DNA of 64,000 nucleotides. Source: Eledone cirrhosa (taxonomy: Eukaryota). This document shows, piece after piece, positions 39,668-54,210 of the stretch (positions within the stretch are counted from its first letter, which is position 1; each line of letters starts with the position of its first letter). The translations under genes and the position numbers were made by a program. The stretch lies in contig OZ024742.1 in NCBI GenBank assembly GCA_964016885.1, forward strand, positions 10,664,001-10,728,000, in the 5' to 3' direction. The notes under the pieces are model-generated. The model saw only the letters and a program-made list of their open reading frames with translations, searched no databases and was not told the DNA's origin.

Positions 39668-39791
39668 TCCACTGATGAGTTTATAAGAGCCCGCTTGTGT
39701 ATAAAACTATGGATTATATACAAGTTTCTACATAACCTGGAAACTATTTATCCCAAATTGTAGAAATCTTATAACGAAACGGCCGTCTGGA
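39668..39791 (+). ncRNA. Type I hammerhead with a branched, extended stem II
   Basis: tcca-CTGATGA-gtttataaga[two hairpins]tcttataac-GAAA-cggcc-GTC-tgga. Confidence 0.75.
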
Positions 39792-40078
39792 AGGAAAGAG
39801 ATATTTATTTATGTCTCATATAAAATAATACAACCAGCTATCCACGGAATACTGACTAGTTAGCACCCCAAACACTAAATTGGGAAAATACTTAGGTATA
39901 TCCTAATGTTTGTTGAGTGAGATGGAGTTGGTCAGAGTATCGCTTAAGGCTTTCTCTGTTAATGTATTAAATATATATATATATATATATATATATTATT
40001 TCTTGTAAACCACAAACCCTAAAACATTAAAGACCCTTTTATTACTTAGGGGGCATTTCATTTAAATGTTTGTTTCAG

Positions 40079-40170
40079 ATTGTCATTACTTGAAAGTAAA
40101 CTTCAGTTGAGTCTGGGGAAAAAAGGCAACCAGCTGCCAAAGCACTTGCTGGAAGCTGATTATACAAAAT
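40079..40170 (+). other. Candidate 92-nt coding exon of an unidentified host gene
   Basis: tttgtttcag| acceptor and |gtatga donor. One open frame, LSLLESKLQLSLGKKGNQLPKHLLEADYTK. No homology recognised. Confidence 0.25.
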
Positions 40171-40618
40171 GTATGAATTCTTGTTTTTGTGTGAGTTTTC
40201 CTTATAAATTCTTATTTTTATTTTATTTTTTTTTTTGTCAGTTTTTGGTTAATTCATTAGCAGAAAGCTAAGTGGATTAGTTTAGCAGCTTTAATTAGTC
40301 ATGCATGAAATCATCTGAGAATAGAGGAAATGAATAGTTAATTGGACAGTGGTAAGAACCAATCAAAGATGATAGTATATACTCCTATTGGCTGATGAAC
40401 AGAATAACAGTATATTGTCTTCTCTGATCTCCTATATCTCCCCACCCCTCTCTCTCTCTCTCTCTCTCCCCCTCTCTCTATCTATTTTTCACCCTCATTT
40501 GTCTTTCTTTCCAGTTCAGATGATGATTGAGTTATGTTTTCTTCTTAATTCTCTGTTTCTTCACCAACAGTGACAAACAGACAAATATGAAGTTTTAGAT
40601 TTACAATATATATATATA

Positions 40619-41455
40619 CTAGCATTAAAGCCGGGCGTTGCTCGGGGTCATTAAGTTACCAAAGTTAGGTTGCACTACCCATTTTATGGCAGCACTTTTT
40701 TGTCTGCCTGGCACTGGGTGAATGAATTGCAGACCTGGAAGCATGAGCTGCGCAAGCAGTGACAATTGTAGTTTCGCCTATGGATATTATCTCTGTGCAA
40801 AAAAGTGTTGAAATTTATTGTTTCACAGTACTTGCGCAACACGCGCGTAGACGATGTCAGCCGAACAACAGAGCTGCGATGGAGTTGTTCTGCATGGTTG
40901 TCTGTGTGTTTTCTAAATTTAAGACAGTAGGGGGAGGGTTGTGATATGAGGGAGAGTTAGCTGTTGTTTCTAGCAGGTTTAGTGACCTCATAGAGGATAT
41001 GTGTTTTCTAAATTTAAGACAGTAGAGAGTGGTGTGATATGGGGGAGAGTTGGCTGCTGTTTCTAGCAGGTTTAGTGACCTCATAGAAGATATGTTTTCT
41101 AAATTTAAGACAGTAGGGAGGGGTGTGGTATGGGGGAGAGTTAGCTGCTGTTTCTAGCAGGTTTAGTAACCTCATAGAGGATATGTGTTTTCTAAATTTA
41201 AGACAGTAGGGAGTGGTGTGTACGGACAGTATCACCATCAAGCTTGGAAAGAGAAAGTAGCAGAAAGTATGAAGTTGTATAGATTGTGAATGGTAGTAGA
41301 AAGAGTTCAACAGTTTAAATGAGAGAGAAAAATCGTAAAATATTGAGTTTTATCTATTTTTGCGTAATTGTGGGTGAAATTGAAAAAATTATCTGCGTCT
41401 ATATCGTAGATTTTTATAACGAAGGAGCATGACCACACACTGAGCTTTATGATAT
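40619..41455 (-). mobile_element. Non-autonomous Helitron-like element with an internal ~93-bp minisatellite (40906-41220)
   Basis: Minus-strand 3' end has hairpin-like cccgagcaacgcccgg then CTAG|T. Three-plus ~93-bp units inside. Right boundary approximate. Confidence 0.65.
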
Positions 41456-42297
41456 ACACAGTTGAAAATTGCAAACTTGACTGTCACCACACATTATGAA
41501 CCTGAAGATTGCGAAAGCATGAAAGTACTTGTTCAATTAACACTTAACATTTAATATTCTATCATACTATTTCATTATAATACCATTATAAATTTTAAAG
41601 GATTGTAAATAAAACGAGTAAATCAGACAAAGTTGGAATTCCTCTTATTAATATAATCTTCTATACACAATCATACACACCCGTGTATCTATCTATCTAT
41701 CTATCTATATATATATATATATATATATATACATTTATATAATAGCAATAATAGTAATAAAGAAATTACATAGGTGTATTTGCAATTAGACATCTCTATC
41801 AAATAATTTATTTCCAATTTAAAATGCAGCCTACCATCCATCTCAGCCAGAATGTATAGGAACGTAGGACAAAATTACATCATATAATTAAAAATCTCTA
41901 TTCATCATATAATTTATTTTTTAAAGGTATAATAGAAGAGCTGGAGGGATATAATGGAAGAAATACCTTGTGGTGTTTAGTTTTGACTCTTTACATTCTT
42001 AGTTTAAATCCCACCAGGATTAACTTTGATATTCATCTTTCTAGGGTTGATAAAATAACTGTTTTGATTCAGTATTTTTAATGAAATACATTCCATTTTA
42101 ATTAATTAATGAAGAATTTTAAGGGATTTCTTAAAACTATTAATAATTTCATTACGGAAATAGTAATTAACATATGGTTCATATATAAACTTATGTTGGA
42201 AGATTTTCATAGGGACAGAACAACTTTTAGTTTGGTTGGTAATCAAAAGAAAGAACCTTAGTCAAATATATTAGAGGTTGGTATAACTGTATATGAT

Positions 42298-42866
42298 ATG
42301 GTATATGCATCACCAGTCTGGAACCCCTATCTTGCTCAGAACATTGACTGCCTGAAAACTGTTCAGAGACGTGCAACCAAGCAAATACCCTCCATCAGAC
42401 ATCTACCATACTCTGAACGCCTTGCTTCCCTGGGCATGGATACATTGAAGCTCCGACGTCTAACAACTGACTTTGTAAACACCCACAAGATTATTAACCA
42501 TCTTGCCAACAACAACTCTGAGTACCTTTTGATTTCCATGTGTCTAACACATGTGGGCATGCCTACAAAGTCAGAAAACAGCACAGCTCCCATGACTTTC
42601 GGAAACATTTTTTCACGCTCAGAGTTGCTGAAGCATGGAACAAACTCCCTGCATCAGTTATTAGCTGTGCAGACACTGCATCCTTTAAAACCTCCATGCT
42701 TCCTGAGATTTGCCAACACTACACCTAATGTTCCCCCTCCATACACATACACATGTATTTCATGACTCATACACTATTCACTTCCCTGACATTTGTATAT
42801 TATTCTATGTACTATCCATGCACTTTTGATGAGTTGTAGTGCACCTGAGCACTGTACACAATAATT

Positions 42867-42900
<34 letters not shown>
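42298..42900 (+). mobile_element. CR1-clade LINE 3' fragment
   Basis: YASPVWNPY...VQRRATK...YSERL..L...RR and RKHFFTLRVAEAWNKLP...SFK motifs, with an (ATT)n tail. Confidence 0.93.
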
Positions 42901-42930
<30 letters not shown>

Positions 42931-44743
42931 CCACTCACACCTGTGTATGTGTGTATATTGAGGACTTCTCCCATTACTTGTCAACAAGTTATTATTCCAG
43001 TTGTTCAACCATTATATCTCTCTAGTCTTCCAACTTACTGGAATATAATACAAAGTAGCTGGAGCATTCTATGGACACAGGTTACTATTAAAATGTTCTT
43101 TAGGCAGAAACAACATTGACTGTCAAGAACAGCCATTTCAATCATGCTTATAGTTCTTTTCTAATCAACTTCCATGCCATATCTATCTCTTTCCATCTTT
43201 CCAATTGAAGGCTTGGGTTTATCCCTGCCTATGTTACAAAACAAATTGACTCATGGGAAATGGAAAGCAGATTGCATTCAAGACTTGGACCTTGGGATTG
43301 TGAAATGAACTTATATAAACACTCAATATAATATATAGATAGGTAACAATATATTATATTGTTACCTATCTAAATATCAACCTATCTATCTATCTAGCTG
43401 TCTACCTATCTATATATCTATCATATATATCTTATATATTTGTTTTATAATTTATGAATTGTTCACAATTGTTTTACCCCGATCAACTTTACTGATCCAA
43501 GCAGTGTCAACATCCCTGAATGAATTCAGGAAAAACACCTTTACTAATGGTTTCTGATTTAGGTACAAGGCCAACCATTTTGGGGGGAAGGGAAGTTGAT
43601 TAAATTGACCCCAGTGCATTATTGGTACTTTAATAATGTACTTAAAATTTGACCACAATCATCATGTTTACACTACTGCAAAGAAAGACTGCTCAATATA
43701 TAGTTACTGAGGAGGTCACAGAATGTGTGATGAAAGAGCTTTGATGACAATGGGCAACTAAACAAACATCTGGTTATTAAACTAACTGATTGGGAAATTA
43801 TAATAATAAATTGAAGTAAAATCCAACAGGTGTGTGTGTTTTATTGGCAGCATGACCCTCCCAAAGTATAACTATATATATAAGACAAAATTAGTTCCAT
43901 ATGAGCAAGGCATGGTCACCTGACCTGCCATTGCCCACAACAGGACAACCCGTCTAACCCATGCTATCGTGGAAGAATGGCCATAAAATGGTGATGATAA
44001 TGATATATATACTCTCAGGTGTAGTATAATCGTCCTCCACACCTGCTTATTAATTTTTCAGATGTCTCAATCTCCTTATTCCACCCCACCCTATTATTTC
44101 ATGAAATGTCCATACATAGACTGGTAAATAGATAGCTTGATAGTTCAATATGTGAGGATATAAGATTGGTTGCTAGGATAATAAACAGATTGATTGTTCA
44201 ACAAAAAAGTTTGGATTTCTCTTCATTCATTTATTTTCATATCCTTGTTGACATGGAATAAAACTATGTACCTTATATTTTTGTTGTTAAACTGAGAGAT
44301 GAGGGTCTGACTCCACGTGGAGTGAGGTGCAGGGGTAGGGTGGGTGGGGGTGGGGGGGGGGGGGTTATAAGGAGACTATGGGGGAGGAGAAGGTGACATT
44401 AGAAATAGGAGAGAGTGCTAGAAGGTTTATTGTGGATGTTATTGTATTTATGGGAGTCAATAGCCTAGCTATAGATACATTCAGCTGAAAAGTAAATCTA
44501 ATGTTGTTACTATCATAACTTTGAACCTTTTGGAAGAGGTGTGGATATGGGCTGGGTATGGGGGAGATATGTGGTCTGTTTGTTAGGGGTGGGGCATTAG
44601 GTTTAAAGATGAAATTATGAATGAAATAAAATGTCATATCCTCTGACAAACCTGTGATAACAATCAAGGTGAGGTCATGTCACAAAAGAAGAAAATTCAG
44701 AGGTTATTGTTATTCTTGTGAGATAGATGTAAAATAATAACAT

Positions 44744-44802
<59 letters not shown>

Positions 44803-44829
44803 TACATGTATATACATACACATATGTTG

Positions 44830-44870
<41 letters not shown>

Positions 44871-45217
44871 GTGTGTGTATGTATATATATACATACACAC
44901 ACATGTATGTGCGTATATATATATGTATACATACATACACACACACACACATGTATGTATATATATATATATATATGTATACACATACATACACACACAC
45001 ACACACACACGTTGGTCATCTTCCTACACAGGTACCCTTATATAGTTCTGAACAAAAACATTTTGACCTATATATAATATATATGTGTGTATGTGTGTGT
45101 GTGTGTGTCTGTGTGTAGATCCCATATTGCGTCAGGTTGGGGGCAAAGGGTAAACACAGATGTAAAAGGTACTCAATATATTGAGTACCTTTTACCACTG
45201 CTAGTATATATTATATA

Positions 45218-46321
45218 CTAGCAGTGGTACCCGGTGTTGCACAGGATAAGGTATTGTGAAATATATAATCGCATTAGCTAAGCTTAGTATTGCCACAACC
45301 ACGGCTGGCAAAGAAGTAAGGGTCTGGTGGTATGTAAGTAAGCAACACTGTGGCTTAAAACGTGAGGAAGAAGTTGTGTGCACTTACCAACTTTTGGGGG
45401 AATGGGTGTGAGATTTGTCTTGAGCAAGAGTGGAGGATTAACCAGAGGCCACAGACAGCCAGACATACAGACAGATATTATAAGGCCGCGTTCTGGATGC
45501 AGAGTGAATTGTAGGAAGTCACGTAATGCAGACAGCCAGACATACAGACATATATTTTAAGGGCACAACGTTATATGTATGTATCTATCTAAAAAGAGAA
45601 AGACTAAGAATTATAGAGAGAGATCGCTAAATCGCCTAATGCGGTCCCTAGGGCATTGAAAATTTGAAATTTCTTTTGCTCAGGACACTCCCTGAAAGAT
45701 GAGTATTACATGTGTAAAGTTTGAAAACAGTCGGTTGGGTGCTTCTCTAGTTTTAGGGATTCAAACTCACACACACACAGACAGACAGACATCGTCAGTT
45801 TTATATATATACTAGCAGTAAAGCCCGGCGTTGCTCAGTAGCTGTGTTAAATCTACAATGTTAAGTTTCTTTTTTGGCTTAAAAACTGTAGTGTCTACTG
45901 TGCAGACTTGCATGTGGTGTTTTTGATTAATATTCCCTCAACCAACAATATGCCTTATGAAGTTAAGAAAACATAACGATAACCCGAATGTTATAACAAA
46001 AGAGGATGCTGGGGATAAAAACTGCACTGGTTATTTATTAACAAAGATCGAAAATGTAAACACTGCAACGCAGAGAAAAACAACGTAAGACGCTCAATGT
46101 AAACAAAACAAAGGGAAATAACTCGTCACTTACGCTCAAAAATCGATACATTAGATTCGATTTCGTCACATAGGGTGGGTCAATTTGAAATATTTTTTTT
46201 CCGATGTCTTCGCTAGGGCTCAATGTACAAGTATAGCAATTTCGGTGCAATTCCGTCAGAGATTCTAAGAGATGTGTGCCAAAAATCGATAGACAGACAA
46301 CCACAGCTTTATATATATAGA
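45218..46321 (-). mobile_element. Cluster of Helitron-like fragments; 45812-46321 has both termini
   Basis: Minus strand starts A|TCTATATATATAAAGC at 46321 and ends ..gcaacgccgggc..CTAG|T at 45812. A second CTAG end is at 45218 and another 5'-like end is near 45810. Confidence 0.65.
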
Positions 46322-46423
46322 TATATATAGAGAGAAATGACTTCTACAAGACTACAACTTTGAAATCATTAGCAAATTGCTGATGATTTCAAACGAATAA
46401 AGAAAACACACACACACACACAC

Positions 46424-46494
<71 letters not shown>

Positions 46495-46704
46495 TATATA
46501 GTTAAAGAATAAACACAGAGTTGCAACAAAGTCTTATTAGTTTAATACTTGGGAAGAAGTAAATGAGTGTTTCAAAGTATTGGACATAAGTCCTTCTTCA
46601 AGAAATAGCAAAGTTCAGAGAAAGAGAGAAAAGGTTGGAAGAAGAGAGTTTCAAAAAGAAAAAAAAACTTTCAAAGCCCTACCCACCCTCTCTACTCAAC
46701 ATTT

Positions 46705-49700
46705 GTTCCCTAATTCCTCCATGTTAAACATATAATAGCCATAAGCTGTTCCCTAATTCCTCCATGTTAAACATATAATAGCCATAAACTGTTCTCATAT
46801 TCCTCCATGTTAAACATATAATAGCCATAAGCTGTTCCCTAATTCCTCCATGTTAAACATATAATAGCCATAAACTGTTCCCTAATTCCTCCATAATAAA
46901 CATATAATAGCCATAAGCTGTTCCCTAAGTCCTCCATGTTAAACATATAATAGCCATAAGCTGTTACCTAATTCCTCCATGTTAAACATATAATAGCCAT
47001 AAGCTGTTCCCTAATTCCTCCATGATAACATATAATAGCCATAAGCTGTTCCCTAATTCCTCCATGTTAAACATATAATAGCCATAAGCTGTTCCCTAAT
47101 TCCTCCAAGTTAAACATATAATAGCCATAAGCTGTTCCCTAATTCCTCCATGTTAAACATATAATAGTCATAAGCTGTTCCCTAATTCCTCCATAATAAA
47201 CATATAATAGCCATAAGCTGTTTCCTAATTCCTCCATGTTAAACATATAGTAGCCATAAGCTGTTCCCTAATTCCTCCAAGTTAAACATATAATAGCCAT
47301 AAGCGGTTCCCTAATTCCTCCAAGTTAAACATATAATAGCCATAAGCTGTTCCCTAATTCCTCCATGTTAAACATATAATAGCCATAAGCTGTTCCCTAA
47401 GTCCTCCAAGTTAAACATATAATAGCCATAAACTGTTCCCTAATTCCTCCATGTTAAACATATAATAGCCATAAGCTGTTCCCTAATTCCTCCATGTTAA
47501 ACATATAATAGCCATAAGCTGTTCCCTAATTCCTCCAAGTTAAACATATAATAGCCATAAGCTGTTCCCTAATTCCTCCATGTTAAACATATAATAGTCA
47601 TAAGCTGTTCCCTAATTCCTCCATAATAAACATATAATAGCCATAAGCTGTTTCCTAATTCCTCCATGTTAAACATATAGTAGCCATAAGCTGTTCCCTA
47701 ATTCCTCCAAGTTAAACATATAATAGCCATAAGCTGTTCCCTAATTCCTCCATGTTAAACATATAATAGCCATAAGCTGTTCCCTAATTCCTCCAAGTTA
47801 AACATATAATAGCCATAAGCTGTTCCCTAATTCCTCCATGTTAAACATATAATAGTCATAAGCTGTTCCCTAATTCCTCCAAGTTAAACATATAATAGTC
47901 ATAAGCTGTTCCCTAATTCCTCCATAATAAACATATAATAGTCATAAGCTGTTCCCTAATTCCTCCAAGTTAAACATATAATAGTCATAAGATGTTCCCT
48001 AATTCCTCCATGTTAAACATATAATAGCCATAAGCTGTTTCCTAATTCCTCCATAATAAACATATAATAGCCATAAGCTGTTCCCTAATTCCTCCATAAT
48101 AAACATATAATAGCCATAAGCTGTTTCCTAATTCCTCCATGTTAAACATATAGTAGCCATAAGCTGTTCCCTAATTCCTCCAAGTTAAACATATAATAGC
48201 CATAAGCTGTTCCCTAATTCCTCCATGTTAAACATATAATAGCCATAAGCTGTTCCATAATTCCTCCAAGTTAAACATATAATAGTCATAAGCTGTTCCC
48301 TAATTCCTCCATAATAAATATATAATAGTCATAAGCTGTTCCCTAATTTCTCCAAGTTAAACATATAATAGCCATAAGCTGTTTCCTAATTCCTCCATAA
48401 TAAACATATAATAGTCATAAGCTGTTCCCTAATTCCTCCATGTTAAACATATAATAGTCATAAGCTGTTCCCTAATTCCTCCATGTTAAACATATAATAG
48501 TCATAAGCTGTTCCCTAATTCCTCCATGTTAAACATATAATAGTCATAAGCTGTTCCCTAATTCCTCGATGTTAAACATATAATAGCCATAAGATGTTCC
48601 CTAATTCCTCCATGTTAAACATATAATAGCCATAAGCTGTTCCCTAATTCCTCCATGTTAAACATATAATAGCCATAAGCTGTTCCCTAATTCCTCCATG
48701 TTAAACATATAATAGTCATAAGCTGTTCCCTAATTCCTCCATAATAAACATAATAGCCATAAGCTGTTCCATAATTCCTCCAAGTTAAACATATAATAGC
48801 CATAAGCTGTTCCCTAATTCCTCCATGTTAAACATATAATAGCCATAAGCTGTTCCCTAATTCCTCCAAGTTAAACATATAATAGCCATAAGCTGTTCCC
48901 TAATTCCTCCATGTTAAACATATAATAGTCATAAGCTGTTCCCTAATTCCTCCAAGTTAAACATATAATAGTCATAAGCTGTTCCCTAATTCCTCCATAA
49001 TAAACATATAATAGTCATAAGCTGTTCCCTAATTCCTCCAAGTTAAACATATAATAGCCATAAGCTGTTCCCTAATTCCTCCATGTTAAACATATAATAG
49101 CCATAAGATGTTCCCTAATTCCTCCATGTTAAACATATAATAGCCATAAGCTGTTCCCTAATTCCTCCATGTTAAACATATAATAGCCATAAGCTGTTCC
49201 CTAATTCCTCCATGTTAAACATATAATAGTCATAAGCTGTTCCCTAATTCCTCCATAATAAACATAATAGCCATAAGCTGTTCCCTAATTCCTCCAAGTT
49301 AAACATATAATAGCCATAAGCTGTTCCCTAATTCCTCCATGTTAAACATATAATAGCCATAAGCTGTTCCCTAATTCCTCCAAGTTAAACATATAATAGC
49401 CATAAGCTGTTCCCTAATTCCTCCATGTTAAACATATAATAGTCATAAGCTGTTCCCTAATTCCTCCAAGTTAAACATATAATAGTCATAAGCTGTTCCC
49501 TAATTCCTCCATAATAAACATATAATAGTCATAAGCTGTTCCCTAATTCCTCCAAGTTAAACATATAATAGCCATGAGCTGTTCCCTAATTCCTCCATGT
49601 TAAACATATAATAGCCATAAGCTGTTTCCTAATTCCTCCATAATAAACATATAATAGCCATAAGCTGTTCCCTAATTCCTCCATGTTAAACATATAATAG

Positions 49701-51470
49701 TCATAAGCTGTTCCCTAATTCCTCCAAGTTAAACATATAATAGTCATAAGCTGTTCCCTAATTCCTTCATAATAAACATATAATAGTCATAAGCTGTTCC
49801 CTAATTCCTCCAAGTTAAACATATAATAGCCATAAGCTGTTTCCTAATTCCTCCATAATAAACATATAATAGTCATAAGCTGTTCCCTAATTCCTCCATG
49901 TTAAACATATAATAGTCATAAGCTGTTCCCTAATTCCTCCATGTTAAACATATAATAGTCATAGGCTGTTCCCTAATTCCTCCAAGTTAAACATATAATA
50001 GTCATAAACTGTTCCCTAATTCCTCCATAATAAACATATAATAGTCATAAGCTGTTCCCTAATTCCTCCAAGTTAAACATATAATAGCCATAAGCTGTTC
50101 CCTAATTCCTCCATGTTAAACATATAATAGCCATAAGCTGTTCCCTAATTCCTCCAAGTTAAACATATAATAGCCATAAGCTGTTCCCTAATTCCTCCAT
50201 GTTAAACATATAATAGTCATAAGCTGTTCCCTAATTCCTCCAAGTTAAACATATAATAGTCATAAGCTGTTCCCTAATTCCTCCATAATAAACATATAAT
50301 AGTCATAAGCTGTTCCCTAATTCCTCCAAGTTAAACATATAATAGCCATAAGCTGTTCCCTAATTCCTCCAAGTTAAACATATAATAGTCATAAGCTGTT
50401 CCCTAATTCCTCCATAATAAACATATAATAGTCATAAGCTGTTCCCTAATTCCTCCAAGTTAAACATATAATAGCCATAAGCTGTTTCCTAATTCCTCCA
50501 TAATAAACATATAATAGTCATAAGCTGTTCCCTAATTCCTCCATGTTAAACATATAATAGTCATAAGCTGTTCCCTAATTCCTCCAAGTTAAACATATAA
50601 TAGCCATAAGCTGTTCCCTAATTCCTCCATAATAAACATATAATAGCCATAAGCTGTTCCCTAATTCCTCCATGTTAAACATATAATAGTCATAAGCTGT
50701 TCCCTAATTCCTCCAAGTTAAACATATAATAGTCATAAGCTGTTCCCTAATTCCTCCATAATAAACATATAATAGTCATAAGCTGTTCCCTAATTCCTCC
50801 AAGTTAAACATATAATAGCCATAAGCTGTTTCCTAATTCCTCCATAATAAACATATAATAGTCATAAGCTGTTCCCTAATTCCTCCATGTTAAACATATA
50901 ATAGTCATAAGCTGTTCCCTAATTCCTCCATGTTAAACATATAATAGTCATAAGCTGTTCCCTAATTCCTCCATGTTAAACATATAATAGTCATAAGCTG
51001 TTCCCTAATTCCTCCATGTTAAACATATAATAGTCATAAGCTGTTCCCTAATTCCTCCATAATAAACATAATAGCCATAAGCTGTTCCCTAATTCCTCGA
51101 TGTTAAACATATAATAGCCATAAGATGTTCCCTAATTCCTCCATGTTAAACATATAATAGCCATAAGCTGTTCCCTAATTCCTCCATGTTAAACATATAA
51201 TAGCCATAAGCTGTTCCCTAATTCCTCCATGTTAAACATATAATAGTCATAAGCTGTTCCCTAATTCCTCCATAATAAACATAATAGCCATAAGCTGTTC
51301 CCTAATTCCTCCATGTTAAACATATAATAGTCATAAGCTGTTCCCTAATTCCTCCATGTTAAACATATAATAGTCATAAGCTGTTCCCTAATTCCTCCAT
51401 AATAAACATAATAGCCATAAGCTGTTCCCTAATTCCTCCATGTTAAACATATAGTAGCCATAAGCTGTTC
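46705..51470. repeat. 43-bp tandem satellite, ~110 copies
   Basis: gttccctaattcctccatgttaaacatataatagccataagct; starts at 46705, 46748... Confidence 0.98.
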
Positions 51471-52148
51471 AATTCCTTCATTGGCTTATTTAAGCAGGAA
51501 CCATCTTCCTTTATCTGTGTGTGGGTACATGTCTTAATGTGTGTATATAAGTGGGTACATGTCTTAATGTGTGTATATAAGTGGGTGCATGTCTTAATGT
51601 GTGGGTATATATCTAGGTACATGTCTTAATCTGTGTATATATGTGGGTACATGTCTTAATCTGTGTGTATATATGGGTAGATGTCTTAATGTGTGTATAT
51701 ATAACTACATGTTTGTGTATATATATATGTACGTTTATATATGTATACTTGTGTATTAATGTGTATATATATATATAAGTACATGTTTATATATATGTAT
51801 TCATGTGTAATATGTGTGTATATATAAGTACATGTTTATATATATGTATACATGTGTAATATGTTTATATATATGTATACATGTGTAATATGTTTATATA
51901 TATGTATACATGTGTAATATGTTTATATATATGTATACATGTGTAATATGTGTGTATATATATGTATACATGTGTAATATGTTTATATATATGTATACAT
52001 GTGTAATATGTGTGTATATATATGTATACATGTGTAATATGTTTATATATATGTATACATGTGTAATATGTGTGTATATATATGTATACATGTGTAATAT
52101 GTGTGTGTATATATGTATACATGTGTAATATGTGTGTATATATATGTA

Positions 52149-53391
52149 CAGACTGCGGGCGTTATTTGAGGACACATGTATTTTTAGTCATTTTATTTGA
52201 CTAATTTTTATTGAACTTCCATTTCAGAAAATAACAATGAAAATAACTATACTTACTAATGAAATGAAAAGGTATGTTGTGATTGTGGCTTTGAAGGGTA
52301 AGCATGGAGATTTAGAAATTTCTCGTTTTCTGAAAGTTGCAAGATCTTTTGTCCACAAGATTCGGTGTTAGTTAGAGAAAGAAGATGGAAGCGTATTACC
52401 TGTATCAAAACGTAAAAAAGATTCCAAATGCTCTGATTCTATCAGGACACCTGAATTTATTCAGGAAGTTAAGCAAAACATTGATGACAATCCAGGAAAA
52501 TCAATGAGGTCAATTGCAAAAAATGTTGGTGTCAGAAAAAACAATCAGAAATGTTGTGCATGAAGACATCAGATACAAATCTTACGCGATGAGGAGAGGC
52601 CAATTCATGTCAGAAAAAAAAAAAGAAAGCCGTTTAATCAGATCCCAAAGACTTTTGAACAAACTTAAAAATCCATCAGAATTGGTTTTTCTCAGATGAG
52701 AAAAACTTTGACCAGGACCAGAAAACTAACAGAAGAAATGACAGGTGGCTATGTGCAGACCCTTCTGAGGTTCCAAGAGTAATGCACACAAAATTTCCTG
52801 AAAATGTCATGGTTTGGGGTGTTGTTAGCAATGAAGGACATGTGATGCCTCCTCACCTTTTTCCACAAGGCCTTAGGGTGAATGCTGCTGCATATATTGA
52901 GGTTCTGGAAAAAGTTGTTACGCCTTGGATCAACAGTGAATGCAATGGAAGGCCTTATGTCTTTCAACAAGATTCTGCACCATCACATAAGACTCAAATG
53001 ACACAAGAATGGATGGCTGACAATTTGCATGTCTCATCACTCCCAACATTTGGCCTCCTAATTCTCCAGATGTCAATCCACTGGACTACTATGTATGAAG
53101 CATCGTTGAGATAAATGGCAATGAACACCCCCATAACACCAAAGATTCTTTGAAAGCCGCCATGAGTCATGTCCGATAGGAACAAGGACCACTTAATCCG
53201 AGCTTGTAAACGATTTCGACCCCGTGTAGAGGTAGTTATTGATGCTTAAATGGTGGTTTTATTGAATGAAATTATTAAATTGATAATTTAGCTTTATGTT
53301 TGTTATTTTTATAAGAATACAGTTTTTTTCTGTTATTATGTAAGAATTTTTTTAAAACCATAAATTGTCCTCAAATACCGTCCACACCCTG
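52149..53391 (+). mobile_element. Second maT-family transposon, disrupted
   Basis: TA-flanked imperfect TIRs cagactgcgggcgttatttgaggaca / tgtcctcaaataccgtccacaccctg. Motifs SDEKNF, MHTKFP..VMVWG, QQDSAPSH and WPPNSPDVNPLDY lie across frameshifts. Confidence 0.92.
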
Positions 53392-53653
53392 TACAAGTTT
53401 ATATATGTACATGTCTTAATATGTGTGTATATATAACTACAAGTTTATATGTATACATGTCTTAATATATGTGTATATATAACTACATGTTTATATATGT
53501 ATACATGTCTTAATGTGTGTATATAACATGTTTGTATATATATATGTATATGCGTAATATGTGTGTATATATAAGTACATATTTATATATGTATACATGT
53601 GTACTAATATGTGTGTATATATAACTACATGTTTATGTATATATATATAACTA

Positions 53654-54210
53654 CATCATCATCATTTTACGTCCGCTCTTCCCTGCTTGCAGGGTCTTAT
53701 TCAGCACAGCATCTCTCCACTCGTCACGGTCCTTCGTCATCTCCTCTGTGAGCTTCAATGATCTGAGGTCTGCTCTCACCATCTCCGTCCATGTTGTTCG
53801 TGGTCTACCTCTACCATGTCTTCCTTCAACTGGCATTTCCTGGCACTTCTTCACCCATCAGTCATCCTCCATGCGCATCACATGTCAATACCACCTCAGT
53901 CTCCTCTCCCGTACACTACATTCTATCCCTCTCAGACACAGTTTCTCTCTCAACACATTCATGCTGGGTCGTTCACGCACATTGACACTGCACATCCAAC
54001 GGAGCATGCTTGCCTCATTTCTCTCCAGCCGTCACATATCCTCTGCAGTTGCTGCCCATGTCTCACTACCATGCAACATCGTGCTCCTCACACAGGCATC
54101 ATATAACCGGCCTTTCGTACGCAGGGAGAAACCCTTCTTCGTCAGCAGAGGAAGCAGCTCCCTAAACTTCTTCCAACCTGGCCTTATTCTAGATACTATG
54201 GCCTCGGAAC
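53654..54210 (-). mobile_element. RTE subfamily C 3' fragment
   Basis: GWKKFRELLPLL...GRGRPRTTW with a very short 3'UTR and a (CAT)n tail. Confidence 0.92.

Noticed and set aside
43703-43750. CTGAGGA-ggtcaca/tgtgat-GAAA hammerhead-like motif
   Set aside because: Extra nucleotide before stem II, and no valid NUH with a paired stem I.
44675-45118. Cys/Val/Tyr/Ile-rich ORFs here and at 10.4-10.9, 12.1-12.9 and 51.9-52.2 kb
   Set aside because: Translations of (CA)n/(TA)n microsatellites.
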